Assembly: GCA_963836475.1 (NCBI GenBank)
Contig: CAWIJQ010000004.1
Location: forward strand, 81,775-145,774
Source of the DNA: an uncultured Actinomycetes bacterium
GTDB taxonomy: Bacteria > Actinomycetota > Actinomycetes > Acidothermales > Acidothermaceae
Direction of reading: 5' to 3'
DNA length: 64,000 bases
A model generated the notes under the pieces. It did no database searches, had not been told where the DNA came from, and worked only from the letters and a program-made list of their open reading frames with translations. Below, one piece after another: positions 23,210 to 34,412 of this stretch; the stretch's first letter is position 1, and every line of letters begins with the position of its first letter. Position numbers and translations under genes: made by a program.

Positions 23210-24439
23210 GTGGCACTTGAGTCGTCGGCCGAATCGCCGATCCCGGTCCGCACCGTGGCCAACGCCATCAGCCAGTGGGTCGGGCGGCTCGGCCGGGTCT
23301 GGGTCGACGGTCAGCTGACCGAGATCACCCGCCGGCCGGGCACGAACACCGTCTTCTTCGTGCTCCGCGATCCGGCGGCCGACATCTCACTGCGCGTGAC
23401 GGCCGCCCGCCAACTCGTCGACGGCCTGGCCAGACCAGCTGGTCGAGGGCAGCCGGGTCGTCGTCTGGGCCAAGCCCGAGTTCTATTTTCAGCGCGGCAC
23501 CCTGCAACTGCACGCGCTCGAGATCCGGCCGGTCGGAGTGGGTGCGCTGCTCGCCCGGATCGAACAGCTCAAGCAACTGCTGGCCGCCGAAGGACTGTTC
23601 GCCGCCGACCGCAAACGGCGGCTGCCGTTCTTGCCGAACACGATCGGGCTGATCTGCGGGCGCGGATCGGCGGCCGAACGCGACGTGCTCGAAAACGCGA
23701 AGCCGCCGCTGGCCCGCCGTCCAGTTCCGCGTCGAAGCGGTCGCCGTCCAGGGCCCGTACGCAGTCGCCGAAGTCGTCAAGGCGTTGCAGCGCACTCGAC
23801 GCCGATCCCGAGGTCGACGTCATCGTGGTCGCGCGCGGCGGTGGCAGCGTCGAAGACCTGCTGCCGTTCTCCGACGAGGCGATGATGCGGGCCGCCTCGG
23901 AGTGCCGCACTCCGATCGTCAGCGCGATCGGCCACGAACCCGACTCGCCACTGCTCGACCTCGTCGCCGACGTCCGCGCATCGACGCCGACCGATGCCGG
24001 CAAGCACGTCGTGCCCGACGTCGGCGAGGAACAGCGGCGCATCGCCCTGCTGCGCGATCGCGCCATGCGTTACGTCGACGACCCGCATCGATCGCGACCT
24101 CGACGCGCTCCGCAGCCTGCGCGCCCGGCCAGTGCTCGCCACGCCCGACGCGCGACATCGACCGGCGCGCCGCCGAGATCGACGGCCGCTCGTCGAGCGC
24201 ACGTCGCCGCTGCGTCGGTACGGCGCTCGATCGAGTCAGCCGACGACGTCGCGCACCTGCTCGCCCGGGTGCGCACGCTGTCGCCCGCCGCAACACTCGA
24301 ACGCGGCTACGCGATCGTGCAGGACGCCGACGGGCGCGTCGTGCGGTCGGCAGCGCGGTGTCGACCGGCGCGACGCATCGCCGTCCGGCTCGCTGAAGGC
24401 CGACTCGCCGCGACCGTCACGTCCAACGACGAAACCTGA
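23210..24439 (+). pseudogene. xseA: Exodeoxyribonuclease VII large subunit, multiple frame breaks
   Basis: [30 protein letters not shown] and [21 protein letters not shown]...IGHEPDSPLLDLVADVRASTPT are in the long ORF 22475..24439. The middle part [47 protein letters not shown] is in ORF 23538..23885. Confidence 0.85.
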
Positions 24440-24479
24440 CCGGCCGGGTTCACCAACACTTGCGGTCCCCCACCAGTTT

Positions 24480-24519
24480 GTTAGACGAATACGGGGCTCT
24501 TAACCCGCATACGTCTAAC
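24480..24519. repeat. 40-nt imperfect palindrome (14 of 16 arm positions pair) in the xseA-xseB spacer
   Basis: GTTAGACGAATACGGGG-ctcttaa-CCCGCATACGTCTAAC has outer 8-bp arms that match perfectly. It is locally lower in GC than the flanks. Confidence 0.7.
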
Positions 24520-24584
24520 AGTCGCGATGCGAAGCGGGGCGGGAGTCGCGGTAGGAGCACGGCCGGGGCCCTACGCTGATCACC

Positions 24585-24882
24585 ATGGCGCAACCGACCG
24601 GCGGACCCTCGTACGAGGCCGCCCGCGACGAGTTGCTCGAGGTCGTGCGCCAACTCGAGGCGGGCGGCCTGCCGCTCGAACAGTCGCTCACGCTGTGGGA
24701 GCGCGGCGAAGAACTCGCGGCGCATCTGTCAGGCCTGGCTCGACGGCGCGAAGCGAGCGGCTTGGGCCGCGCGCGCCCGGCTGACGCCAACGCAGACAGC
24801 GCCACCAACGACGACGCAGCGGACGCGAATGACCCGCCCGAGACCCCCGATCGCAACCTCGCCCTCGAGCTGGTGCGGGTGA
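24585..24882 (+). pseudogene. xseB: Exodeoxyribonuclease VII small subunit, frame break near 24725; 3' end uncertain
   Basis: [47 protein letters not shown] is followed by the expected CQAWLDGAK only in the next frame. In the starting frame the ORF runs on into glpX. Confidence 0.7.
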
Positions 24883-25873
24883 CCGAAGCGGCCGCCATGG
24901 CCGCCGGCCGCTGGGTCGGCCTCGGCGAGAAGAACGACGCCGACGCAGCCGCGGTCGATGCGATGCGCCGGCTCATCGGCACAGTCGTCGATGCGCGGCG
25001 TCGTCGTGATCGGCGAAGGCGAGAAGGACGACGCCCCGATGCTCTACAACGGTGAGCACATCGGTGACGGCACCGGCCCCGAAGTCGACGTCGCGGTCGA
25101 TCCGATCGACGGCACCCGGCTGGCGGCCATGGGCATGAACAACGCGATCTCGGTCATGGCGGTCGCCGAGCGCGGCTCGATGTACGACCCCTCGGCGGTG
25201 TTCTACATGGAGAAGCTGGTGACCGGGCCGACCGCGGCGCCCTACGTCGACCTCGAAGCCCCGGTCGCCGCGAACATCAGCGCGGTCGCGAAGGCCAAGG
25301 GTGCGCGACCGAAGACGTCACCGTCGTCGTGCTCGACCGCCCGCGCCACGAGGATCTGGTGCAGCGAGATCCGCGAAGCCGGTGCGCGCATCAAATTCAT
25401 CCTGGACGGCGATGTGGCCGGCGCCATCATGGCCGCGCGCGAAGGCACCGGCATCGACTTGCTGCTCGGCGTCGGCGGAACGCCCGAGGGCATCATCGCG
25501 GCGTGTGCGGTCAAGTGCCTCGGCGGCGTCATCCAGGCGAAGCTGTGGCCGCGCGATGACGCCGAACGCGACCAAGGCGATCGACGCCGGCCACGACCTG
25601 AACGCCGTGCTCACCACCGACGACCTCGTGCGCTCCGACAACGTGTTCTTCGTATCGACCGGCATCACCGACGGCGAGTTGGTGCGTGGCGTGCGCTACC
25701 GCGGCGGTGGCGCGGTCACCAGCTCACTGGTCATGCGCTCGAAGAGCGGCACGATCCGCACGATCGAGAGCGAGCACCAGCTGTCGAAGCTGCGCGGCTA
25801 CGCCATCGTCGACTACGACCGGCGGCACCCCGATCACCCGCTTGCCTCGCCCGACCGCACCCGGCTGGTGTGA
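24760..25873 (+). pseudogene. glpX: Fructose-1,6-bisphosphatase class II, at least 4 frame breaks; start approximate
   Basis: [25 protein letters not shown] (ORF 24585..25055), [22 protein letters not shown]...VDPIDGT (24958..25899), LDRPRHEDL (25329..25559), and [22 protein letters not shown]...[12 protein letters not shown] (25301..25873). Confidence 0.9.
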
Positions 25874-25930
25874 CCGATAGCACGCCATCCTGGGCGTAAC
25901 ACCAACCCTGCGCGGCCCTACGCTGCACCC

Positions 25931-27339
<1,409 letters not shown>

Positions 27340-27347
27340 GGCACGAC

Positions 27348-28221
27348 TCAGTAGGAGCGGTACCTCTTCCAGTGCGCCCACGCGTTGCACGGGTTTCCGT
27401 AACGGGTGGCGATGTAGCTGCAGCCCCCACCGAACCTGGGTGGCGGGGTTGGTGCGCCAGTCGGCGCCAGCCGCCGCCATCTTGGACGCGGGCAGCGCTT
27501 GCGGAATCCCGTAAGCGCCCGACTGGGAGTTGCGTGCGGTGGTGCGGAACAAGCTCTCCCGCTGCCAGAGGTCTGACAGACAGGTCCATTGGGCGCCAGT
27601 CCACCCCAGGCTGGCCGCCAGCGATTGGCCGATCTGGCGTGGGCTCGTCCCGATGGCGCTGGTAACCACGGCGCGCGCCTGCGCAGGTGCACGCACCGCG
27701 GCGCCGGGCGCGACCGCCGAGGCCGCGGAGACTGCAACAGCCTGCGTCGCGGACGCCGGATTCAACGTGACCGATGCCGCCACCGCAGACGGTGGCGACG
27801 ACAATGAACCTTGCGCGTTCGGCAGTGTTTGGTCGCTCGACGCTGTTTGATCAGCCACCAGTGTTGATCAGCCACCGCGTCGGTCTGCGAACGACGCGTA
27901 CGCCGTCAGCGCAGATCCGCTGTCTGCCGCGACATCTGTCGATGACGACGTCGTAGTAGTCGTCGCGAACGATCGGGCGAATCCACCACCAGTGCGTGCG
28001 CCGGCTTGGTTACCCGCATCAAGACCCGCGCCAATTGCGGCCGCGATGTCGACGGATGTCGCGCCCGCGTCGCCAGCGCCCGCGTCACCAGCAGCCGTTG
28101 ACGATGTAAGGGACGACGCGGCAGCCGGAGCCGTCGCGCCGAGACCCACCATGCACAGTGCGAGAACGACCGAGACAGTAGTCGATGCAACCACGATGCC
28201 ATGCGCCGATTGCCGGCTCAT
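27348..28221 (-). pseudogene. Secreted transglycosylase-like cell-wall protein, with an in-frame TGA at 27868-27870 and a frame break near 27420
   Basis: ATG at 28221 with a GAAAGGAA RBS. A signal/anchor VVASTTVSVVLALCMVGLGA and a low-complexity linker are in ORF 27868..28443, then TGA, and the same frame continues in ORF 27211..27858. The conserved module WTCLSDLWQRES...SGAYGIPQALPASKMA...TNPATQVRWGL is followed by YIATRYGNPCNAWAHW in ORF 27348..27737. Confidence 0.65.
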
Positions 28222-28400
28222 TGTCGAAGTTCCTTTCACAGCGGGCGCGTCGAAAGAGGTGTTCCGAGGGCGACCGAACGTAGTCGGATTGCGATGTGAG
28301 CTATTGCGGCAGCGAATGTGCGCCGGAGAGCGACACCACGCAACGCCGGTCAACCGGCCGAAACGCGTGGGGTTGTTCCCAGCATGCATGAAGTAATGCG
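28222..28400 (-). promoter_or_regulatory. Long structured 5' leader of the transglycosylase-like gene; weak candidate for a ydaO-type (c-di-AMP) riboswitch
   Basis: The minus-strand leader contains GGGAACAACCCCA. A long hairpin CCACGCGTTTCGGCCGG-TTGA-CCGGCGTTGCGTGG follows, and then CAATAGCTCACATCGCAATCCGAC, which loosely resembles the conserved CAGCUNACCUCGUAAGC element. The association of ydaO RNAs with actinobacterial cell-wall hydrolase genes is the contextual argument. Confidence 0.25.
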
Positions 28401-28720
28401 TGGAGGCAAAGCCCATCACGCAAATTGTGGACGGACAGCGCAATCACTGTGAACGTTGTGACGTGTGAGCGCTCAAAACCCCTCTATGTAAGGGAATTTC
28501 CGCCCCAATTTAGGATCACGTTAGGCAAACGCTGCGCGCTCGACTCGTAACTCTTCGTGAAAATGACGCATTTTCTGGGCACTTTGTCGACACATGGAGA
28601 TATTGCTCACACTGAATTCATTGAGTCGCGGCGCCGTTTCTCGTATTGCAATGCGCGCTGCGGCCCAACGGAATGTCGTTGTATCTCGATCTCAAGAGAT
28701 ATGTCTCGACATCAAGACAC

Positions 28721-29482
28721 TTACGAACCGAAGCGTCGTTCGCGTTCGGCGTATGCCCTGACCGCCCGCAAGAAGTCGACGCGACGGAAGTCAGGCCAGT
28801 ACGCCTCGCAGAAGAACAGCTCGGAGTGCGCGGTCTGCCATAGCAGGAAGCCGGAGAGCCGCTGCTCGCCGGATGTGCGGATGACGAGGTCGGGATCGGG
28901 CTGGCCTTTGGTGTAGAGATGCTCAGCGATGTGATCGATGTCGAGGAGGTTGGCCAGGTCTTCGATGCTCGTGCCGCGGCTTGCGTGCTCATGCAACAGC
29001 GCGCGCACGGCGTCCGCAATCTCGCGACGCCCGCCATAGCCGACCGCCACATTGACGATGAGTCCGCCAACGTCTGCGGTGGCGTCCTGGGCTTCCTTCA
29101 GTGACCTCGCGGTGGCGTCGGGCAGCAGGTCGAGCGCCCCCACCGGGTTGATCTTCCAGCGGCGGCTGACCGCCAGTTCGCGCACCGCCCCCTCGATGAT
29201 CTCGAGCAGCGGGGCAAGCTCGGCCTCAGCCCGCGCCAGGTTGTCGGTCGACAGCAACCACAGCGTGACCACCTCGATGTGCAACTCGGAGCACCATGCC
29301 AGGAACTCGTCGATCTTTGCGGCACCCTTGCGATGGCCCGACGCGACACCCACACCGAGGGCCTTGGCCCATCGGCGGTTGCCGTCGAGGATGACGCCAA
29401 CATGGCGTGGAACTCGGTCGGGTGTGAGGGCCGTGGCAAGACGGCGTTCGTACGCGCCATAGAGCAGCCCGCGCACGTCCAT
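28721..29482 (-). CDS. uppS: Isoprenyl transferase (cis-prenyl diphosphate synthase, UppS family; Rv1086-like)
   Basis: Intact 253-aa ORF with HVGVILDGNRRWA, IRTSGEQRLSGFLLWQ and YAERERRFG. Confidence 0.9.
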   Translation of the reverse strand: MDVRGLLYGAYERRLATALTPDRVPRHVGVILDGNRRWAKALGVGVASGHRKGAAKIDEFLAWCSELHIEVVTLWLLSTDNLARAEAELAPLLEIIEGAVRELAVSRRWKINPVGALDLLPDATARSLKEAQDATADVGGLIVNVAVGYGGRREIADAVRALLHEHASRGTSIEDLANLLDIDHIAEHLYTKGQPDPDLVIRTSGEQRLSGFLLWQTAHSELFFCEAYWPDFRRVDFLRAVRAYAERERRFGS

Positions 29483-29565
29483 CGCGAGACGGCACCTCCC
29501 TCACGCGAGGTCTCGGCAGGGTCTGGCTCGCCGAGTGACGCTCAACGGCCAGCCTGCGCCAGACC

Positions 29566-30090
29566 TTACCCCGCCGAAGGACCAGCGTCTCGCACTTGCT
29601 CGACCGTGCGCATCGCCTCGCGCAACTGCTCGAGCCATTCGTCGCTGTGCTTGCCCACAAGCCGCACGCACCACGCCAACGCATCGCTTCGACTGCGCGC
29701 GACACCGGCGTCGACCAGCGTGTCGAGCACGAGTCGATCGCGCTGCCGCAGCCGCGTCATCACTGGCACCGACAGACTGGTGAAGATCTCGCGCCGATCG
29801 CCGCAGCGCGCGCCCCAGGCGACCTTGCGGCCGAACCGATGCTCGGCCTCGAGCGCGATGTCGATGCGTTGTTCGCGGGTCTGTTCGCGAAACGCCTTGA
29901 TGCGACCGGCCCATGCCGCCGCGCGCTCGGCGTCGCCGGCGTCGGCAGCGAGCTCAGGAACGGCGAGTTCGCCGATCACATGGATCTCTTCGCGGTCGAT
30001 CGAGATCTCGGGAGCGGCAACGAACCAATCGGACGGCAGCCGTCCGGCGAACCAGCCGCGGGCGACCTCGTCAGGTGCAGAAGGAGTCAT
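29566..30090 (-). CDS. Conserved hypothetical protein (175 aa), possible ribbon-helix-helix-like C-terminus
   Basis: Start taken at MTPSAPDE (30090) inside ORF 29566..30276. Codon usage is coding-like. The C-terminal VPVMTRLRQRDRLVLDTLVDAGVARSRSDALAWCVRL looks RHH-like, but this is a tentative reading. Confidence 0.5.
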   Translation of the reverse strand: MTPSAPDEVARGWFAGRLPSDWFVAAPEISIDREEIHVIGELAVPELAADAGDAERAAAWAGRIKAFREQTREQRIDIALEAEHRFGRKVAWGARCGDRREIFTSLSVPVMTRLRQRDRLVLDTLVDAGVARSRSDALAWCVRLVGKHSDEWLEQLREAMRTVEQVRDAGPSAG

Positions 30091-30101
30091 GACCGCGATG
30101 A

Positions 30102-32207
30102 TTACATGATTACGCTGCTGATCACCAGACCGCAGGGTCGATGTTCGCTGTGGGCGTGAGCAGCTTCGCCAAGCTCGGCTGAGTCGGTCACCGGCCGCGC
30201 GCAGACGAAGTGCCGGCAGACGTACGCGGCCGGCCGGCTGTCGACCAGGCCGCGGCCGTCGAGCAACGGCGCCCAAGCGCCCGCGCTATCGGTCACGAAG
30301 CTGCCGAGCCACGGCACTGCCAGCCACGCCGCTGTCGTTCATGGCGATCACCGCGCCGGGCGACACCGACATCCACGCCGTACGCACCAAGCCAGCAGCC
30401 AGAGCCGCGTCACCCACGATCGCGATCTCGGCCGGTCCGCGCAAGCAACGCGACCGCGGTCGCCAATCCCCACCCGGCCGCGCGCGGGTACTGCGCACCG
30501 AGCACGCGAGTCGCGCCCAGCGCCGCCTCGGCCGCGGTGCGATGGCGGTCAGACCCGGTCAAGGCGGCGTAGGTCAACAACGCCTGTGCCACCGCGGATC
30601 GACCCGACGGCGTTGCGTCGTCAGTCAGCACTTTGCGGACGTCGGACCAACCCTCCGCGTCGTCGGCAGTGTCAAAGAAACCACCGTCTCCGTCGGCGAA
30701 ACGCGATCGAGACACGACGTCGAGCAGATCGCCCGCGGTCTCGAGCAACCGCCGCGACGAGGTCACCTGCGCAAGCACGAGCAATCCCTCCGCGACGCAG
30801 CCGTAGTCGTCGAGCACGCCCGCCGGTGCACCGACCACGCCGTCGCGCGACACCCGGCGCAATCGCCCGTCGACAAGATGGACGTCGATCAGCAGCCGTG
30901 CGCAGACATCTGCCGCCTCGATGAGGTCAGGCGCGGTCAAACAGCACGCCCGCTTCGGCTAATGCGGCGATCGCCAGCCCGTTCCACGCAGCAACAACCT
31001 TGTCGTCGCGACCCGGCTGCGGGACGGCGGTCGCGGGCCGCTCGCAGCCGATTCCGAACGGCGGCCCAGCCGGTCGGCGTCCGCTGGATCGACCGGCAGC
31101 TGCACACCGACCGGCCATGTTCGAACGTGCCGTCGCGTGTGATCAGCGTGAGCTCGGCCGCCCACGTCGCGTCATCGACGCCGAGCACCTCGAGCAATTG
31201 GCTGCGATTCCACACATAGGTCGAGCCTTCGACACCCTCGGTGTCGGCGTCGAGCGCGGAAGCGAATCCGCCCTCGTCGGTGCGAAGGTCGGCGAGCAAG
31301 AACTGCGGCGGTCTCGAGCGCAACGCGCTTCGCCAGCGGCGAGCCGGTCGCCCGCCACCAATGCGCATACACCCGCACCAGCTGAGCGTTGTCGTACAAC
31401 ATCTTTTCGAAGTGCGGCACCACCCACGCGTCGTCGACGCTGTACCGCGCGAAGCCGCCGGCCAGCTGGTCGTACATGCCACCGCGCGCCATCGCCGTAC
31501 AGGTCCGCTCGACCATTTCCATCGCACCAAGCGACTCGCGCGACGCGTACCGAAGCAAGAACTCCAACACAGCGGACGGCGGGAACTTGGGCGCCGTCCC
31601 AAAGCCGCCGTGATCGGCATCGAAGTCACCGCGCAACGAGGCGACCGCCGCTTCGAGGAGCTCAGCGTCGGGCGGTGTCTGTTCCGGCGGTAGCGTCGAC
31701 CGCTCGGTCAGCAGCTCGCACTACCCGGGCACCGGCCGCCGTCAGCTCACCTCGACGCTGCGCCCACGCCTTGGCGACCGCGTCGAGCACCTGCCGAAAC
31801 GACGGCATGCCGTGGCGGGGTGTGTTCGGGTAGTACGTGCCGCACGAGAACGGATCGCCGTCCGGGGTCAGGAAGCAGGTCATCGGCCAGCCGCCGTGGC
31901 CGGTGAGGGCCTGGGTTGCGTCCATGTACACGGCGTCGACGTCGGGCCGCTCTTCGCGGTCGACCTTGATGCAGACGAACTGAGCGTTCATGTCGGCCGC
32001 GGTATCGACGTCTTCGAACGATTCATGTGCCATGACGTGACACCAGTGGCAGGCCGCATAGCCTACGGAGAGCAGCACAGGGACATCACGACGGCGGGCC
32101 TCGGCGAATGCCTCCGGCGACCACGGCCACCAGTCGACCGGGTTGTCCTTGTGTTGCTGAAGGTACGGACTCGTGGCGGTGGCGAGGCGGTTGGGCATGT
32201 CGCCCAT
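30102..32207 (-). pseudogene. Thioredoxin-domain protein of the DUF255/YyaL family (N-terminal Trx-like domain plus alpha/alpha-toroid domain), at least 5 frame breaks
   Basis: [17 protein letters not shown]...[16 protein letters not shown]...[12 protein letters not shown] is in the intact N-terminal ORF 31662..32207. GGFGTAPKFPP...YDQLAGGFARYSVD...VPHFEKMLYDNA is in 31172..31636. Further fragments are in 30937..31629, 30410..30940, 30286..30498 and 30102..30317 (AYVCRHFVC). Confidence 0.8.
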
Positions 32208-32249
32208 CCTGCCCGTTAGCAGCGGGCTTCATCGGGTAGGAGGTGCGCA

Positions 32250-34412
32250 ATGACCAGTGCCTGGACGTTTGCCGGCGAAAGCCCGTCGCCCGGCGTCATG
32301 GGCGGCCCGGTGACCTTGATTGAAGAATCGTCGTTCTGCCTGTCGGGCCGCGCCGGCGACATCCACCTGGGCACGGTGCAGGGTCTGTTCGTGCTCGACA
32401 CCCGCCTGCTCTCGTCACTTGAGCTGACGATTGACGGCGTTTCCCCTGAACCCCTCGCAGTGTCGTCGGAACAACCGTTTGCGGGCACCTTCGTCGCTCG
32501 CGTTCGTCGGCCCGAGCAAGCATCGCCGTACGAAAGCCCGTTGCTCGTCGTCCGCCGCCGCTACGTAGGTCGCGGCATGCGCGACGACCTCACCCTGAGC
32601 AACCACAACAGGTACGACATCACCGTACGCATGCGTATTGACGTTGCGGGCGACTTCGCCGACATCTTCGCGGTGAAAGAAGGGCGCGCCGCAGAGCATC
32701 ATCCGGTGGTCACCCAGGTTGCCGACGGCAACGCGTTGCTGTTGTCAGAATCCCAACGCACCGCGCGGACGACGACAGTACGCTTTGGCGGCCAGCCGAC
32801 CGTCGACGCAACGGGCGCGTCGTATGTCGTCACGATTCCGGCCCAGTCGACCTGGTCGACCTGCTTCGACGTGTCGCTACAACTCGGCGACCGGCCAGTA
32901 CCGTCGCGATACAGCTGCGGCCAGCCGGTGGCCGAATCTCCTGCGCTGCACCGCATCGAGGCATGGCGCGGCCGGGTGCCCATGCTCGACACCGACGACA
33001 CCGCACTCGAGCAAGCAGTCGAGCGATCACTCGAAGACCTCGGCTCGTTGCGGCTCTTCGACCCCGACGATGCGGCCCGCGTCACCATCGCCGCTGGCGC
33101 TCCCTGGTTCATGGCGGTGTTCGGTCGCGACTCACTGCTGACTGCGTACATGTCACTCATCGCCGACCCGGCCTTGGCCCTGGGCGTCTTGCAAACACTG
33201 GCCCGATTTCAGGGAACGAAGGTCGACGCACAGACCGAGGAGCAGCCCGGCCGCATCCTGCACGAGATGCGGTTTGCCGACGCGACCACCGATGCACTGG
33301 CCGGTGCCGACGTCTATTACGGCACGGTCGACGCGACCCCGCTCTTCGTCGTCCTGCTTGGTGAGTTGCGTCGCTGGGGGCTGGCCGCCGACGCGGTCGA
33401 CACGCTGCTGCCGCATGCCGACCGGTGTCTTGAGTGGATCGAGCAGTACGGCGATCGCGACGGCGACGGATTCGTCGAATACGAACGGTCGACAACGAAC
33501 GGTTTGCTCAACCAGGGCTGGAAAGATTCGTGGGACGGCGTGCCGTTCGCCGACGGCTCGCTACCGAAGGCGCCGATCGCGCTCGCCGAGGTGCAGGGCT
33601 ACGTGTACGCGGCCTACCTCGCTCGCGCGTACTTCGCACTCGAAGTCGGCGACGACGCGGTCTACACCAAGTTTCGCGACAAGGCCGCTTCGCTCAAGCA
33701 GCGCTTCAACGACGCGTTCTGGATGCCCGAGGCGGGCTACTACGCGATGGCACTCGACGCCGACAAACGGCAGGTCGACAGCGTCGGATCGAACATCGGT
33801 CACTGCTTGTGGAGCGGCATCATCGACGTCGACAAAGCAGCGTCAGTCGCGAAGCACCTGATCTCACCGGAGTTGTTCAGTGGGTGGGGCGTGCGCACGC
33901 TGTCGACGGCGATGGTCAGCTACGACCCGATGAGTTACCACTGCGGTTCGGTCTGGCCGCATGACAACGCGTTCGTTGCCTCGGGGCTGATGCGCTACGG
34001 CTTCGTTGATGAGGCGCACCAGCTGATCCGCGGCATCCTCGACGCGGCGGCGGCGTCCGGTGGCCGGTTGCCCGAGCTGTTCAGCGGTATTGCCAGATCG
34101 GACGTCGCGGTGCCGGTGTCATATCCGGCGTCATGCTCGCCGCAGGCATGGGCGGCGGCGACTCCGCTGCAGTTCTTGCGGTTGCTGCTGCGCCTCGACC
34201 CCTGGATTCCGCACGGGCAGATCTGGCTTGATCCGCATCTGCCGGCCGGCGTCGACGAATTGACGGTGTCGCGAATTCCGCTCGCGGGAGGCGGAATGAC
34301 GGTCTCAGTGCGTACTGGCGCCGCCGAGCACTCGGTAGACGTCACCGGGCTCGACAGCGTCGTGTCGCTGATCAGATCAGGCCGGCCACCGGTGTCGGGT
34401 CTCGTCGACTAG
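32250..34412 (+). CDS. Amylo-alpha-1,6-glucosidase / glycogen-debranching-enzyme-like protein (N-terminal GDE domain plus (alpha/alpha)6 catalytic domain)
   Basis: Intact 720-aa ORF with AGAPWFMAVFGRDSLLT, GRILHEMR, GFVEYER...GLLNQGWKDSWD and YHCGSVWPHDNA. The start may be the internal ATG at about 32298. Confidence 0.8.
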   Translation: MTSAWTFAGESPSPGVMGGPVTLIEESSFCLSGRAGDIHLGTVQGLFVLDTRLLSSLELTIDGVSPEPLAVSSEQPFAGTFVARVRRPEQASPYESPLLVVRRRYVGRGMRDDLTLSNHNRYDITVRMRIDVAGDFADIFAVKEGRAAEHHPVVTQVADGNALLLSESQRTARTTTVRFGGQPTVDATGASYVVTIPAQSTWSTCFDVSLQLGDRPVPSRYSCGQPVAESPALHRIEAWRGRVPMLDTDDTALEQAVERSLEDLGSLRLFDPDDAARVTIAAGAPWFMAVFGRDSLLTAYMSLIADPALALGVLQTLARFQGTKVDAQTEEQPGRILHEMRFADATTDALAGADVYYGTVDATPLFVVLLGELRRWGLAADAVDTLLPHADRCLEWIEQYGDRDGDGFVEYERSTTNGLLNQGWKDSWDGVPFADGSLPKAPIALAEVQGYVYAAYLARAYFALEVGDDAVYTKFRDKAASLKQRFNDAFWMPEAGYYAMALDADKRQVDSVGSNIGHCLWSGIIDVDKAASVAKHLISPELFSGWGVRTLSTAMVSYDPMSYHCGSVWPHDNAFVASGLMRYGFVDEAHQLIRGILDAAAASGGRLPELFSGIARSDVAVPVSYPASCSPQAWAAATPLQFLRLLLRLDPWIPHGQIWLDPHLPAGVDELTVSRIPLAGGGMTVSVRTGAAEHSVDVTGLDSVVSLIRSGRPPVSGLVD

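Noticed and set aside
22475-24439. A 654-aa ORF, the longest '+' ORF in this area
   Set aside because: Its first ~740 nt are antisense to ispH and translate to Arg/Ala-rich low-complexity sequence. Only scattered parts (the N-terminus and the GGGSVEDLL...IGHEPD region) are genuine xseA. It is a read-through chimera kept open by high GC.
24585-25055. An apparent XseB-GlpX fusion ORF (156 aa)
   Set aside because: The XseB C-terminal motif CQAWLDGAK is visible in the neighbouring frame at about 24725. A single indel puts xseB into the frame that happens to run into the glpX N-terminus, so this is not a real fusion.
28557-28916. A 119-aa ORF in the AT-rich spacer
   Set aside because: It runs antisense into the 3' end of uppS, has odd composition (Cys/Arg/Ser-rich) and no RBS. 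The region is more plausibly regulatory or non-coding.
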